Of a DNA stretch of 32,000 nucleotides, positions 20,121 through 28,103 are shown one piece after another (position 1 is the stretch's first letter; every line of letters begins with the position of its first letter). A program made the translations under genes and the position numbers. The notes beneath the pieces were generated by a model that did not search any database, was not told where the DNA came from, and was given only the letters and a program-made list of their open reading frames with translations. Source of the DNA: Acaryochloris marina S15 (GTDB taxonomy: Bacteria > Cyanobacteriota > Cyanobacteriia > Thermosynechococcales > Thermosynechococcaceae); NCBI RefSeq assembly GCF_018336915.1, contig NZ_CP064923.1, positions 5,640,001 through 5,672,000 on the forward strand, in the 5' to 3' direction.

Positions 20121-21008
20121 TTAGATTGGTGCAGTGTTTCCCTGTAAAAAGGGGAGGATCGCTGGTGCAATTGCATCGCCAAACTCTTCTGCCATGCCTA
20201 AGCTTCCGGGTAAGTAAGCAGCCTGGACATTCGGTAATTCGGTCATCGCTTTCATTTCAGCTTTAGAGCCAGGTGGGGCTTGTTCCGCCACGATCACCAT
20301 CACTGGCTCAGCTTGTCGAGACAAGCCAGCCAAGAATTCTTCTCGCTCATCCACTGGATCTAAGCCACCTGTAACAAAGGCTACCGGTGCATACCGAGCA
20401 CCCGGTTTCTGAGCATTTTGATAACGTTGGGAAATATATTCATCCGTCAACTGGGTTTCATCGACAAAGACATGGCGACGATACATCCATTTCAAAAACC
20501 CAGGACGAGTATTCAGCCCATATAGTGCTGGGCCGATCACAGGTGAGCGCACGAGCTGGCGAATCCCCCGACGCAGTGCCACTGGCGCACCCATCACCGC
20601 CAGTGGACCGCGCCAGGTAGGTGCAATTAATACCATGCGCGACCAAGATTGGAGGTCAAGCGCATACCCAGCAGCATGGCCTGCCGCCACAACAGCCACC
20701 TCTTGCGGCAAGGTGTCCCGAACAAATGCCCGCAGAAATTGACGATAGACATCTGGCTGGTACGGGAGTGAAGGACGGTCGGAATCGCCGAACCCCGGCC
20801 AGTCTAGAAGCGTAACTTGAAAGTAAGGCGCTAAAGCCTGAGCCAAGGTTGACAGTTCTGCTCGAGTGGAAACCGTACTCAAGGCTGGCAATAGTAATAC
20901 AGAGGGACCGGAGCCGAAGGTTTCAGTGGCAACCTTTAGGGTGTAATTCTGCCATTGCCAGGTGTAGGTGTGCTGTTGAAGATGTGCTGATGACATCCAA
21001 TCCTCCAT
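20121..21008 (-). CDS. Alpha/beta-hydrolase-fold protein lacking the nucleophile Ser
   Basis: VLLLPALS...DWPGFGDSD is typical of the fold. The nucleophile elbow reads GHAAG instead of GxSxG. Confidence 0.8.
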   Translation of the reverse strand: MEDWMSSAHLQQHTYTWQWQNYTLKVATETFGSGPSVLLLPALSTVSTRAELSTLAQALAPYFQVTLLDWPGFGDSDRPSLPYQPDVYRQFLRAFVRDTLPQEVAVVAAGHAAGYALDLQSWSRMVLIAPTWRGPLAVMGAPVALRRGIRQLVRSPVIGPALYGLNTRPGFLKWMYRRHVFVDETQLTDEYISQRYQNAQKPGARYAPVAFVTGGLDPVDEREEFLAGLSRQAEPVMVIVAEQAPPGSKAEMKAMTELPNVQAAYLPGSLGMAEEFGDAIAPAILPFLQGNTAPI

Positions 21009-21059
21009 CGCCGATCAAGATTTTATGGGCTGGTCAGTCTTGGAACGCATATTATAAAA

Positions 21060-21074
21060 TGATAATCATTATCA
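21060..21074. promoter_or_regulatory. Fur-family (Fur/Zur) box
   Basis: TGATAATCATTATCA is a perfect match to the 7-1-7 consensus TGATAATnATTATCA. The extended 19-mer TAAAATGATAATCATTATC matches 17/19 of the classical Fur box. It sits in the 96-bp divergent intergenic region. Confidence 0.7.
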
Positions 21075-21104
21075 CAATACCAAACCTCATCCTTCTCATT
21101 ATTT

Positions 21105-22331
21105 GTGAACCATCAGATTGATATTGCCATTATTGGGGCAGGTCCCCAGGCGCTGACGCTAGTCACCCACTTACTGCAGAAAAAGCCTGCTCTCAGGAAT
21201 CGCCTCCAGATCTTTGACCCCAGCGGCACCTGGATGGTCCAGTGGCGGCAACAATTTGCAGCTCAGGAAATTCCTTATTTGCGATCGCCTGGTGTCCATC
21301 ACCCCGATACAAAGGAAACCCTTTTCAACTTTGCGGACCATCGCCAGGAGGAGTTGTATTACCCTTACAATCGCCCTGGGACAAAACTGTTTCAGGATTT
21401 CTGTGAAACCGTCATTGATCGATGGCAGTTGCGCAAGCAGGTGACCGCCGCCCAGGTGGTTCAGCTGGCGCCATTGACTAGTGGCTTTCAACTTCAGCTC
21501 GATACGGGGGAGCAGGTTGTAGCGCGGCGAGTGGTGTTGGCAACGGGTGGGGGAGCTGCCCAGATACCTGACTGGACTGCCGAGGTGAATCCACATCCAC
21601 CCGGACGGTTGTGCCATAGCCAGGACATTAATCTGCCCGATTTGCCGGATCTGAGCGGTGAGACAGTTCTGATTATTGGCAGTGGTCAGACCAGCGCCCA
21701 TTTGGCCTTGGGGGCAATTAAGCGCGGAGCCAAAGTCTTGATGATGGCCCGACGGAACCTCAATGAAAAAATATTTGATGCAGAACCAGGATGGTTGGGG
21801 CCCAAGTATCTGAAGGGGTTTCAGGTCGAACCCGATTGGCAGGTGCGGTGGCAAATGATTCAAGCAGCCCGCAATGGTGGATCCATCGCCCCCGAATTGC
21901 TGACCCAGTTACGGCGGCTGTCCCAGTCAGACCAAGTCAGCTTGTATGAACAGTGCCAGGTGTCTCGTGCCCTTTGGCAACATGAAACCTGGCAGGTGCA
22001 GTGTAATGTGGCTAGCACTCATGATTGTCTGGCCCATCAGCGGATTAATCGAATCTGGTTAGCCACGGGCACCGCCACGGATATCACGACTCATCCCCTA
22101 ATGGGAGAAGTATTGGCACGCTATCCCAATCAGATTGTTAACGGCTTGCCGGTGCTAGATGAGCATTTGCGCTGGCCAGGATGTGACCTGTTTTTGATGG
22201 GGCCATGGGCTGCATTACAAGTGGGTCCCGTCGCCCGGAATTTGCACGGCGGCAGAATGGCCTGCGATCGCATTGTCCCAGCATTAACCAAAGCCAGTCT
22301 GGCCCGGACTGTGATTCATTCCCCCAGATAA
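21105..22331 (+). CDS. FAD/NAD(P)-binding oxidoreductase
   Basis: GTG start. N-terminal dinucleotide-binding motif IAIIGAGPQALTL and a second Rossmann motif VLIIGSGQTSAHLA. Confidence 0.8.
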   Translation: MNHQIDIAIIGAGPQALTLVTHLLQKKPALRNRLQIFDPSGTWMVQWRQQFAAQEIPYLRSPGVHHPDTKETLFNFADHRQEELYYPYNRPGTKLFQDFCETVIDRWQLRKQVTAAQVVQLAPLTSGFQLQLDTGEQVVARRVVLATGGGAAQIPDWTAEVNPHPPGRLCHSQDINLPDLPDLSGETVLIIGSGQTSAHLALGAIKRGAKVLMMARRNLNEKIFDAEPGWLGPKYLKGFQVEPDWQVRWQMIQAARNGGSIAPELLTQLRRLSQSDQVSLYEQCQVSRALWQHETWQVQCNVASTHDCLAHQRINRIWLATGTATDITTHPLMGEVLARYPNQIVNGLPVLDEHLRWPGCDLFLMGPWAALQVGPVARNLHGGRMACDRIVPALTKASLARTVIHSPR

Positions 22332-22349
22332 TCATCTCCGCTTATTCTT

Positions 22350-22844
22350 ATGGTTGATGTCGCCTTTTCACAGTCCTCCATTATGTCTACTGATCTATCC
22401 CTACCTCCTGCCCTTGCCAAAATTGTCCAGCGCTTCCAGAGCATTACGGATACCAAGCGTCGGTATGAGTATTTACTATGGTTTGCCAAACAACTCCCTC
22501 CCTTTCCAGAGGCGGATAAGCAGCCTGCCAATAAAGTGGTGGGCTGTGTGTCCCAGGTCTATGTCACAGCAACTTTGGAGGATGGCATCGTTCATTTCCA
22601 GGGTGACTCTGATGCCCAAATGACTAAAGGGTTAGTGGGATTGTTAATTAAAGGGTTGGATGGGCTCTCCCCAGAACAAATCGCTCGGGTCACGCCTGAT
22701 TTTATCCAACAAACAGGACTCAATGTGAGCTTGACGCCGTCTCGAGCCAATGGGTTTTATAACATCTTCACCACCTTGCAGCGACTGGCTCTCACCCTCT
22801 CATCTGCATCGTCATCATCTTCAGACCCTTTCCACACACAGTAA
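22350..22844 (+). CDS. sufE: SufE-like cysteine desulfuration (sulfur acceptor) protein
   Basis: Conserved block KVVGCVSQVYV with the acceptor Cys, then FQGDSDAQMTKGL. Alternative start at ATG 22383. Confidence 0.8.
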   Translation: MVDVAFSQSSIMSTDLSLPPALAKIVQRFQSITDTKRRYEYLLWFAKQLPPFPEADKQPANKVVGCVSQVYVTATLEDGIVHFQGDSDAQMTKGLVGLLIKGLDGLSPEQIARVTPDFIQQTGLNVSLTPSRANGFYNIFTTLQRLALTLSSASSSSSDPFHTQ

Positions 22845-23493
22845 TTGGAGGATACCGTTGACTAATTTATCTGCAAGCGTTCAAACATCCCAATCCCTCG
22901 ATATAACACTGCCTAAAAAAGGCATGCCGGTTACGATTATCACGGGGTTTCTGGGAAGTGGTAAAACCACACTTCTCAACCATATTCTCAATACCTGCCA
23001 AGATCTGAAGGTCGCTGTACTGGTCAATGAATTTGGAGATATCGATATTGACAGTCAGTTGTTGACTACCATTGATGAAAATATGGTTCAGCTGACCAAT
23101 GGCTGCATCTGCTGCACCATCAATGACGACTTGGTAGAGGCGGTCTATTCCGTCCTCGAACAAGAAGAAAAAATTGATCATGTCGTCATCGAAACTACGG
23201 GCGTAGCTGATCCGCTGCCGATTATTCTCACCTTCGTTGGCTCCCAACTGCGGGACGTCACCCAGCTAGATTCGATCATCACTTTGGTGGATTCAGAAAC
23301 CTTTACCCCGGAATGTTTTCAGAGTGAGGCAGCCCTGAATCAAATCACCTTTGGCGATATTGTCGTTCTCAACAAAACCGATCTGGCAACCGATCAAAAG
23401 GTTGAGGAACTAGAGCATTGGATTCGCGATCACAAATGGGGGGCACGGTTATTGCGATCGCAACAGGGCCAAGTCCCCCTCCCGTTGATTCTA

Positions 23494-24727
23494 TAGATCT
23501 TCAGAAAAGCATCCGTGGTTTTAGCGACACTACATCTTCATTAAATATAGTAACTAGCTCCTGATACTCTTAGCTCTGGCAAGGATTTCAAGATTATCAG
23601 AGGTCATCCAGTATGCTCGCACAATTCAAACTGCGCTTTACCCAATCAACACGCAAAAAGATTGAAGCTAAACTGCGCCAGGCATACGGGAGTCAGAATT
23701 TACGTCTGGTCAAACGTATTAGTGCTTTATTGCAGCTTGGTCAAGGTGGTTCAGTGGCACAGGTAGCTGAAACATTGGCACTAGGCGAACAAACGATCAG
23801 GGATTATCTGCATGCATTTCTAAAACGAGGTATCGCTAGCTTTAGATACAAAGCGTCTCAAGGACGTCGCAGCAAACTCACTCCACGGCAACGACAACAG
23901 CTCAAGTCATGGATTAAAGCAGGTCCGCTCAAAGCTGGATACGAGTGTGGTTGTTGGAGTGCATTAATGGTTCAAGACCTGATTGCGAAACGCTTCAATG
24001 TTTCCTATCATCCCCATTATGTGAGTACTCTACTGAGGAACTTAGGCTTTTCATTTCAAAGAGCACGGTTTGTTGCAGCTCATCTCAATGAAGCCAAGCG
24101 ACAAGAATGGATGACACACAAATGGCCTGAGATTTTGCGTTTATCAGCAGCCAAAGATGCCCTAATTTTATTTGGGGATGAGGCCAGTTTTGCGCAGTGG
24201 GGGTCGTTAAGCTACACCTGGAGTCTTCGTGGAGACCAGCCAACATTGCCCACCAGTGGTAAACGGAAGGCTTACAAGGTGTTTGGATTAATTGATTATC
24301 ATTCTGGTCAGTTCTTCTATCAAGGTCAGACGGGACGCTTCAATTCTGAAGGGTATACTGCTTTTCTAACTCAAGTACTCCAGCAGACTCACAAGCATAT
24401 TATTCTCATTCAGGACGGGGCTAGATATCACACCAGTAAAGCAACTAAGCAGTTCTTTGACCAGCAATCCGCTCGCCTTACTCCTTTCCAATTACCCACA
24501 TATTCTCCTGACTTCAACCCAATTGAATTCTTGTGGAAGAAACTCAAAAAACGCAGCACACACCTACGGTTCTTCAAGCAATTTGATGACTTAGTTCAGC
24601 AGGTCGATGAGGGGCTACTGTACTTTAGTCAGACTCCCAATGAAATTACTGTCTTAATGGGCAAATATTGCAAAACCTTGGGTACACAAGCTGCCTAGCT
24701 AATCACGGATCTTTATCTGTAGATCTA
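23494..24727 (+). mobile_element. IS630-family insertion sequence (1234 bp)
   Basis: 24-bp imperfect terminal inverted repeats: TAGATCTTCAGAAAAGCATCCGTG versus the reverse complement TAGATCTACAGATAAAGATCCGTG. TA target duplication at 23492-23493 and 24728-24729. One transposase ORF. Confidence 0.9.
23613..24698 (+). CDS. IS630-family DDE transposase
   Basis: 361 aa. N-terminal HTH region and a DDE triad context: LFGDEASF, IQDGARYHTS, DFNPIEFLWKKLK. Confidence 0.9.
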   Translation: MLAQFKLRFTQSTRKKIEAKLRQAYGSQNLRLVKRISALLQLGQGGSVAQVAETLALGEQTIRDYLHAFLKRGIASFRYKASQGRRSKLTPRQRQQLKSWIKAGPLKAGYECGCWSALMVQDLIAKRFNVSYHPHYVSTLLRNLGFSFQRARFVAAHLNEAKRQEWMTHKWPEILRLSAAKDALILFGDEASFAQWGSLSYTWSLRGDQPTLPTSGKRKAYKVFGLIDYHSGQFFYQGQTGRFNSEGYTAFLTQVLQQTHKHIILIQDGARYHTSKATKQFFDQQSARLTPFQLPTYSPDFNPIEFLWKKLKKRSTHLRFFKQFDDLVQQVDEGLLYFSQTPNEITVLMGKYCKTLGTQAA

Positions 24728-25217
24728 TAGATACAGCCCTCTTTGATCCAAAGGCTTATGAAGCGGAAGCCAAAGCCTTTGCAGAGCAGGAGGCGCATCA
24801 TCACCATGACGATCATGATCATCACCACCACCATCATGGCGATCACGATCATGACCACCACCATTCAGATCACCTCACCGTAGATGGCTTCTCATCGATG
24901 GTCTTTGAAAGCGATCGGCCCTTTATCTTAGAAAAAATGCAGGATTTCGTCACCGATCAGCTACCGGAAGAAGTTTTCAGAGCAAAAGGCTTCATGTGGT
25001 TTGAAAAAAATACATCCCGCTATATTTTTCAGCTCAGTGGCAAGCGATATACGATGGATACCGATCAGTGGCCTGATGCCCCGAAAAATCAGTTGGTCTT
25101 TATTGGCCGCAATATTGACACAGCACAGCTACAGCAACTGCTAAAAAATTGTTTGGCCCCCTAGGCCCTGACTTCGCCCAAACTTGCCCGGATTCTATGA
25201 CGCAGTGAATACGGCGA

Positions 25218-25835
25218 TTAGGCTTGTTGCATCTGTCGCCAAGCTTGCGACAAGACTTTTGCAGCTGACTGGGTAAAAACGACCGTTAGCAGCAAACCCA
25301 CCGCTAAATCCGGCAGGATAGAACGGGTCAGCGAGACTAATCCGGCGGCGGCTAAGACGGAGGTATTGGCGATAATGTCGTTGCGAGAGCATAACCACAC
25401 GGAAGACATATTCAGGTTATCTTGCCGATGCCGGGTCAGGAGTAAGAGACAGAGCAAATTGGCTAACAAGGCCACCATACCCACGATGCCCATCGTTGAA
25501 GCTGCTGGACTCGCGCCGTTAAACAGTTGATAGCTTGCCCTGGCAAAGACACCAATCGCCAACAGGAACATAATTAGACCCTTGAAAAAAGCGGCTCCGG
25601 CCTGGGCTTTAATACTTTTGTTAAGGACATACAGACTGCTGGCATAGACCAATGCATCCCCGAGCATATCCAAGGAATCTCCTGTGAGGGAGAGGGACTC
25701 TGCCCGAATCCCCGCTCCAAATTCAACGAAAAACATCAATAGATTGATCAGCAGAACGATCCAAAGCACTTTTGCCTGCTGCTTTCTCAACTTTGACAAT
25801 GCCTTGGCTTTGGCTTGGCAGCAATGATCGCTCAT
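25218..25835 (-). CDS. Cation diffusion facilitator (CDF) exporter, transmembrane domain only
   Basis: TM2 motif GDSLDMLGD and TM5 motif WLCSRNDIIAN. About 205 aa with no cytoplasmic C-terminal domain. Preferred start is MSDHCCQ (ATG 25835); the ORF track start at 25862 would run over the operator-like repeat. Confidence 0.8.
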   Translation of the reverse strand: MSDHCCQAKAKALSKLRKQQAKVLWIVLLINLLMFFVEFGAGIRAESLSLTGDSLDMLGDALVYASSLYVLNKSIKAQAGAAFFKGLIMFLLAIGVFARASYQLFNGASPAASTMGIVGMVALLANLLCLLLLTRHRQDNLNMSSVWLCSRNDIIANTSVLAAAGLVSLTRSILPDLAVGLLLTVVFTQSAAKVLSQAWRQMQQA

Positions 25836-25853
25836 AGCAACTCTCCACGTTCT

Positions 25854-25918
25854 AACATTCAAAGCAGTATTAGAATGTTACTGCACCCAAATCAAACATT
25901 CAAGCCAACATTAGAATG
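25854..25918. promoter_or_regulatory. Two operator-like repeats AACATTCAA-N6-ATTAGAATG, 41 bp apart
   Basis: 25854-25879 reads AACATTCAAAGCAGTATTAGAATGTT, an imperfect palindrome. 25895-25918 reads AACATTCAAGCCAACATTAGAATG. Both lie between the arsR-family stop and the CDF start. Confidence 0.4.
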
Positions 25919-25920
25919 AC

Positions 25921-26280
25921 TTATTCAACCAGTTGATTCAGTGCATGATGAAGAATTTCGGCGACGCGCTGATCCTTGAGGGAGTAGTAAGCTAATTTGC
26001 CATCATTTCGATACTTAAGAATTTTAAGATCTCGTAGCTTTCGTAGATGATGGGACGCTGTTGCGATCTTCATTTCTAGCAAAGATGCCACATCACAAAC
26101 ACAGAGTTCTGTCCCCCTGCTCAGGGCACACAAAATCTTTAACCGGGACCGATCAGCTAAGGCACTGAACAACACTTGAGCCTCCACCAGTAGATCTTCT
26201 CCCGGTAGTGCTTCATTCGCTTGGGTAACCAAGTCCTCATTAAAACAACGGACTTGGCAAATATCCTTGGGCTTGGTCAC
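25921..26280 (-). CDS. ArsR/SmtB-family metal-sensing repressor (CadC/AztR-like alpha3N type)
   Basis: GTG start. HTH block ELCVCDVASLLEMKIATASHHLRKLRDLKIL. N-terminal Cys pair CQVRC. The alpha5 His/Asp ligands are mostly absent. Confidence 0.9.
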   Translation of the reverse strand: MTKPKDICQVRCFNEDLVTQANEALPGEDLLVEAQVLFSALADRSRLKILCALSRGTELCVCDVASLLEMKIATASHHLRKLRDLKILKYRNDGKLAYYSLKDQRVAEILHHALNQLVE

Positions 26281-26391
26281 AGCTCTGAGGGGGGCAAAAC
26301 CTTACATACACCTTGATTCTAACGGTTCTTTGTGATGGAAGCTCACTCAATGTCTCAGCCTAGTGTCTTCTTAAGAGTTGAGATCGCAGAT

Positions 26392-26448
26392 TGCAATCGC
26401 ATTGTCCCTGCATTAACCAAGGCCAGCATTGTCCGAACCGTCGCCTAG
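26392..26448 (+). pseudogene. Orphan 3'-terminal fragment of a paralogue of the FAD oxidoreductase gene
   Basis: The fragment translates to CNRIVPALTKASIVRTVA* compared with CDRIVPALTKASLARTV at 22263-22313. The first 35 nt are 32/35 identical. Confidence 0.5.
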
Positions 26449-26621
26449 AGCTTCAAAATTGGCACATCTAGTATCTGGTGCACGCCGTTTATAGCACAAG
26501 GCTTTGCAAGCTTAAGATTCCCAGATTGGGTCTTCTGAACACGGTGAACTACAGGAGAATAGCCGACTGCCATTAAAATCGTATTTACATCGTACATACG
26601 TTCTGCGTAATAATGAAGAAT

Positions 26622-26918
26622 ATGAACGTGTACTTTGTCCTGCATGGCATTACCTTTTCTTGGAATGATGAAAAAGCGCGAATCAATCCACTCAATCACG
26701 ATGGCATTACCTTTCAATAAGCGGCTGAGGCTTTTTTTGACCCCTTCCTTGTGCTTGTTGATGCAAGTCGTAATGATGAAGCGCGAGATGCTGTAATTGG
26801 GCTAGATACTCGATGGAATCTGCTGTATGTCGTCCACATCGAGCAAGAAGCAAAAGGTATACGAATTATCTCAGCACGCAAAGCAACTCACCAGGAGAGA
26901 GCCGACTATGAAAATTGA
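26622..26918 (+). pseudogene. brnT: BrnT (DUF497) toxin with in-frame TAA
   Basis: MNVYFVLHGITFSWNDEKARINPLNHDGITFQ*AAEAFFDP...LLYVVHIEQEAKGIRIISARKATHQERADYEN matches the DUF497 pattern end to end. The TAA at 26718-26720 falls where the family usually has Glu. The toxin overlaps the antitoxin start. Confidence 0.7.
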
Positions 26919-27201
26919 AGCCCTAAAGAAGCGCCTCGATCGCAACCGTCCTATGACCAGTGTGACCATTCGGATGCCTGAAGATGTCATAGAAGACCTG
27001 AAGAGAGTTGCACCATTATTGGGATTTTCAGGCTATCAGCCTCTGATTCGCGCCTATGTTGGTCAAGGGTTGCGAGTTGATTTAGAGCGGCTTGAAAGTG
27101 AGACAGTGACCACATTGGTGAAAAGTTTGAAGCGTCGCGGTGTGAGCGATGCGGTAATTGAGGAAGCATTAGGTGAAGTCGCTCATGCTACATCTGATTG
27201 A
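26908..27201 (+). CDS. brnA: BrnA-type antitoxin
   Basis: TSVTIRMPEDVIEDLKRVAPLLGFSGYQPLIRAYVGQGL matches the BrnA pattern. ATG at 26908 is preferred over the ORF track start at 26827. Confidence 0.8.
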   Translation: MKIEALKKRLDRNRPMTSVTIRMPEDVIEDLKRVAPLLGFSGYQPLIRAYVGQGLRVDLERLESETVTTLVKSLKRRGVSDAVIEEALGEVAHATSD

Positions 27202-27293
27202 CGTTCTTGTGCCAACGGTAGAACAACTACGCTGCACCCGAAACTAGTCAGCGGCTAGTTGCAAAGGTTATCTGTGTCCGGTGAGTGCGAACG

Positions 27294-28103
27294 TTAACGC
27301 GATTCGTCCAAGCCGAGGGTAAATCCTGTAACCCATCCTCGCTGAACCCAGAGAGGGAGCAGAGCGGTGACGTCAATATCTGGGTTGTCCTCAAGCTGGA
27401 CGCAAATCTCTCCAAATGGGTCACCGGAAGCAAAGGCTTGTAGGAGCTGCCACTCAGCAGCACTGGGTAAGTCAATCCGGGTTTCATACTGGTCTCGCCA
27501 GAGAAACAGATTCACATCGCCCTCGTTCAGATCGATGGTCTCGGTACTAGAGGCATCGGCCTGATTCACTTGCCAAATTCGGTGAACGGGATAGGGGGAG
27601 GTCATTAACACACTATTGTCGGGAAGCTGGAGCACCAGTTCAGGCCAACGGTCAGATGGCACTTGACCCAAGGCGGCCAAATCTAAACCCGGTTGGTCTG
27701 TACTGTTAAAGATGCAGTGCCAATGCCACTCTAAACGAGCCACATCAGATAGGTAGGGTAACGATGCTGCCGGTTCAAACTGGGCTATAAAGACAGGGAG
27801 CTGTTCCCCATAATCTCCGAGGTCAGGGGATTGGGAGGGATGTCGGCGGATATATTGCCGAGCCATGGCGGTGAAAAACTGGACACCCACCAATCGACAA
27901 CAGACAGGATAAATCTCTTCTAGAGCCCGACTGAGTTTGCCAACTAAGCTTCCTTGATAGGCTGATAAACCCCGTTCAAAGGAGAGGTGTTCTGTGCTGC
28001 GCATCTGGGGTTGGAGCTGCTGGATGCTGTCGGCGTTTTGTGTTGCGATCGCATCGTAAAACAACTGCTGTAACTCCCTTAGTTCTGGGGGTGGTGTTGA
28101 CAT
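27294..28103 (-). CDS. bufC: DUF2063 protein (HvfC/BufC-type RiPP maturation partner)
   Basis: 269 aa. N-terminal LQQLFYDAI...YQGSLVGKLSRALEEIYPVCCRLVG...FFTAMARQYIRRHPS is typical of DUF2063. It overlaps the DUF692 gene by 25 nt. Confidence 0.85.
   Translation of the reverse strand: MSTPPPELRELQQLFYDAIATQNADSIQQLQPQMRSTEHLSFERGLSAYQGSLVGKLSRALEEIYPVCCRLVGVQFFTAMARQYIRRHPSQSPDLGDYGEQLPVFIAQFEPAASLPYLSDVARLEWHWHCIFNSTDQPGLDLAALGQVPSDRWPELVLQLPDNSVLMTSPYPVHRIWQVNQADASSTETIDLNEGDVNLFLWRDQYETRIDLPSAAEWQLLQAFASGDPFGEICVQLEDNPDIDVTALLPLWVQRGWVTGFTLGLDESR

Larger units (their letters stand above)
22858..25164 (+). pseudogene. COG0523 (CobW/ZigA/YeiR-like) G3E metallochaperone GTPase, interrupted by an IS630-family insertion
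   Basis: GGAGGA plus TTG at 22858. P-loop GFLGSGKTTLL, metal motif GCICCT, NKTD. The reading frame stops at TAG 23494-23496, which is the first 3 nt of the IS. The frame resumes exactly after the IS (DTALFDP...) with the His-rich tract HHHHDDHDHHHHHHGDHDHDHHH and the CobW_C end. Confidence 0.85.

Noticed and set aside
21171-21863. 230-aa minus-strand ORF
   Set aside because: It lies entirely antisense to the FAD oxidoreductase gene, which has clear Rossmann motifs. The minus-frame product has no motifs and an odd composition, so it is a shadow ORF.
22750-22857. N-terminal extension of the COG0523 ORF overlapping sufE
   Set aside because: It overlaps the sufE coding frame. A GGAGGA-TTG start at 22858 sits just upstream of the P-loop and gives a normal COG0523 N-terminus.
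24780-24880. CAT/CAC/GAT-rich repetitive tract that looks like a microsatellite
   Set aside because: It is in frame with the COG0523 C-terminal half and encodes the His/Asp-rich metal-binding linker typical of that family.
26445-26717. 90-aa minus-strand ORF between the arsR-family gene and brnA
   Set aside because: The opposite strand encodes a full DUF497/BrnT sequence with one stop. The minus ORF is its antisense shadow.
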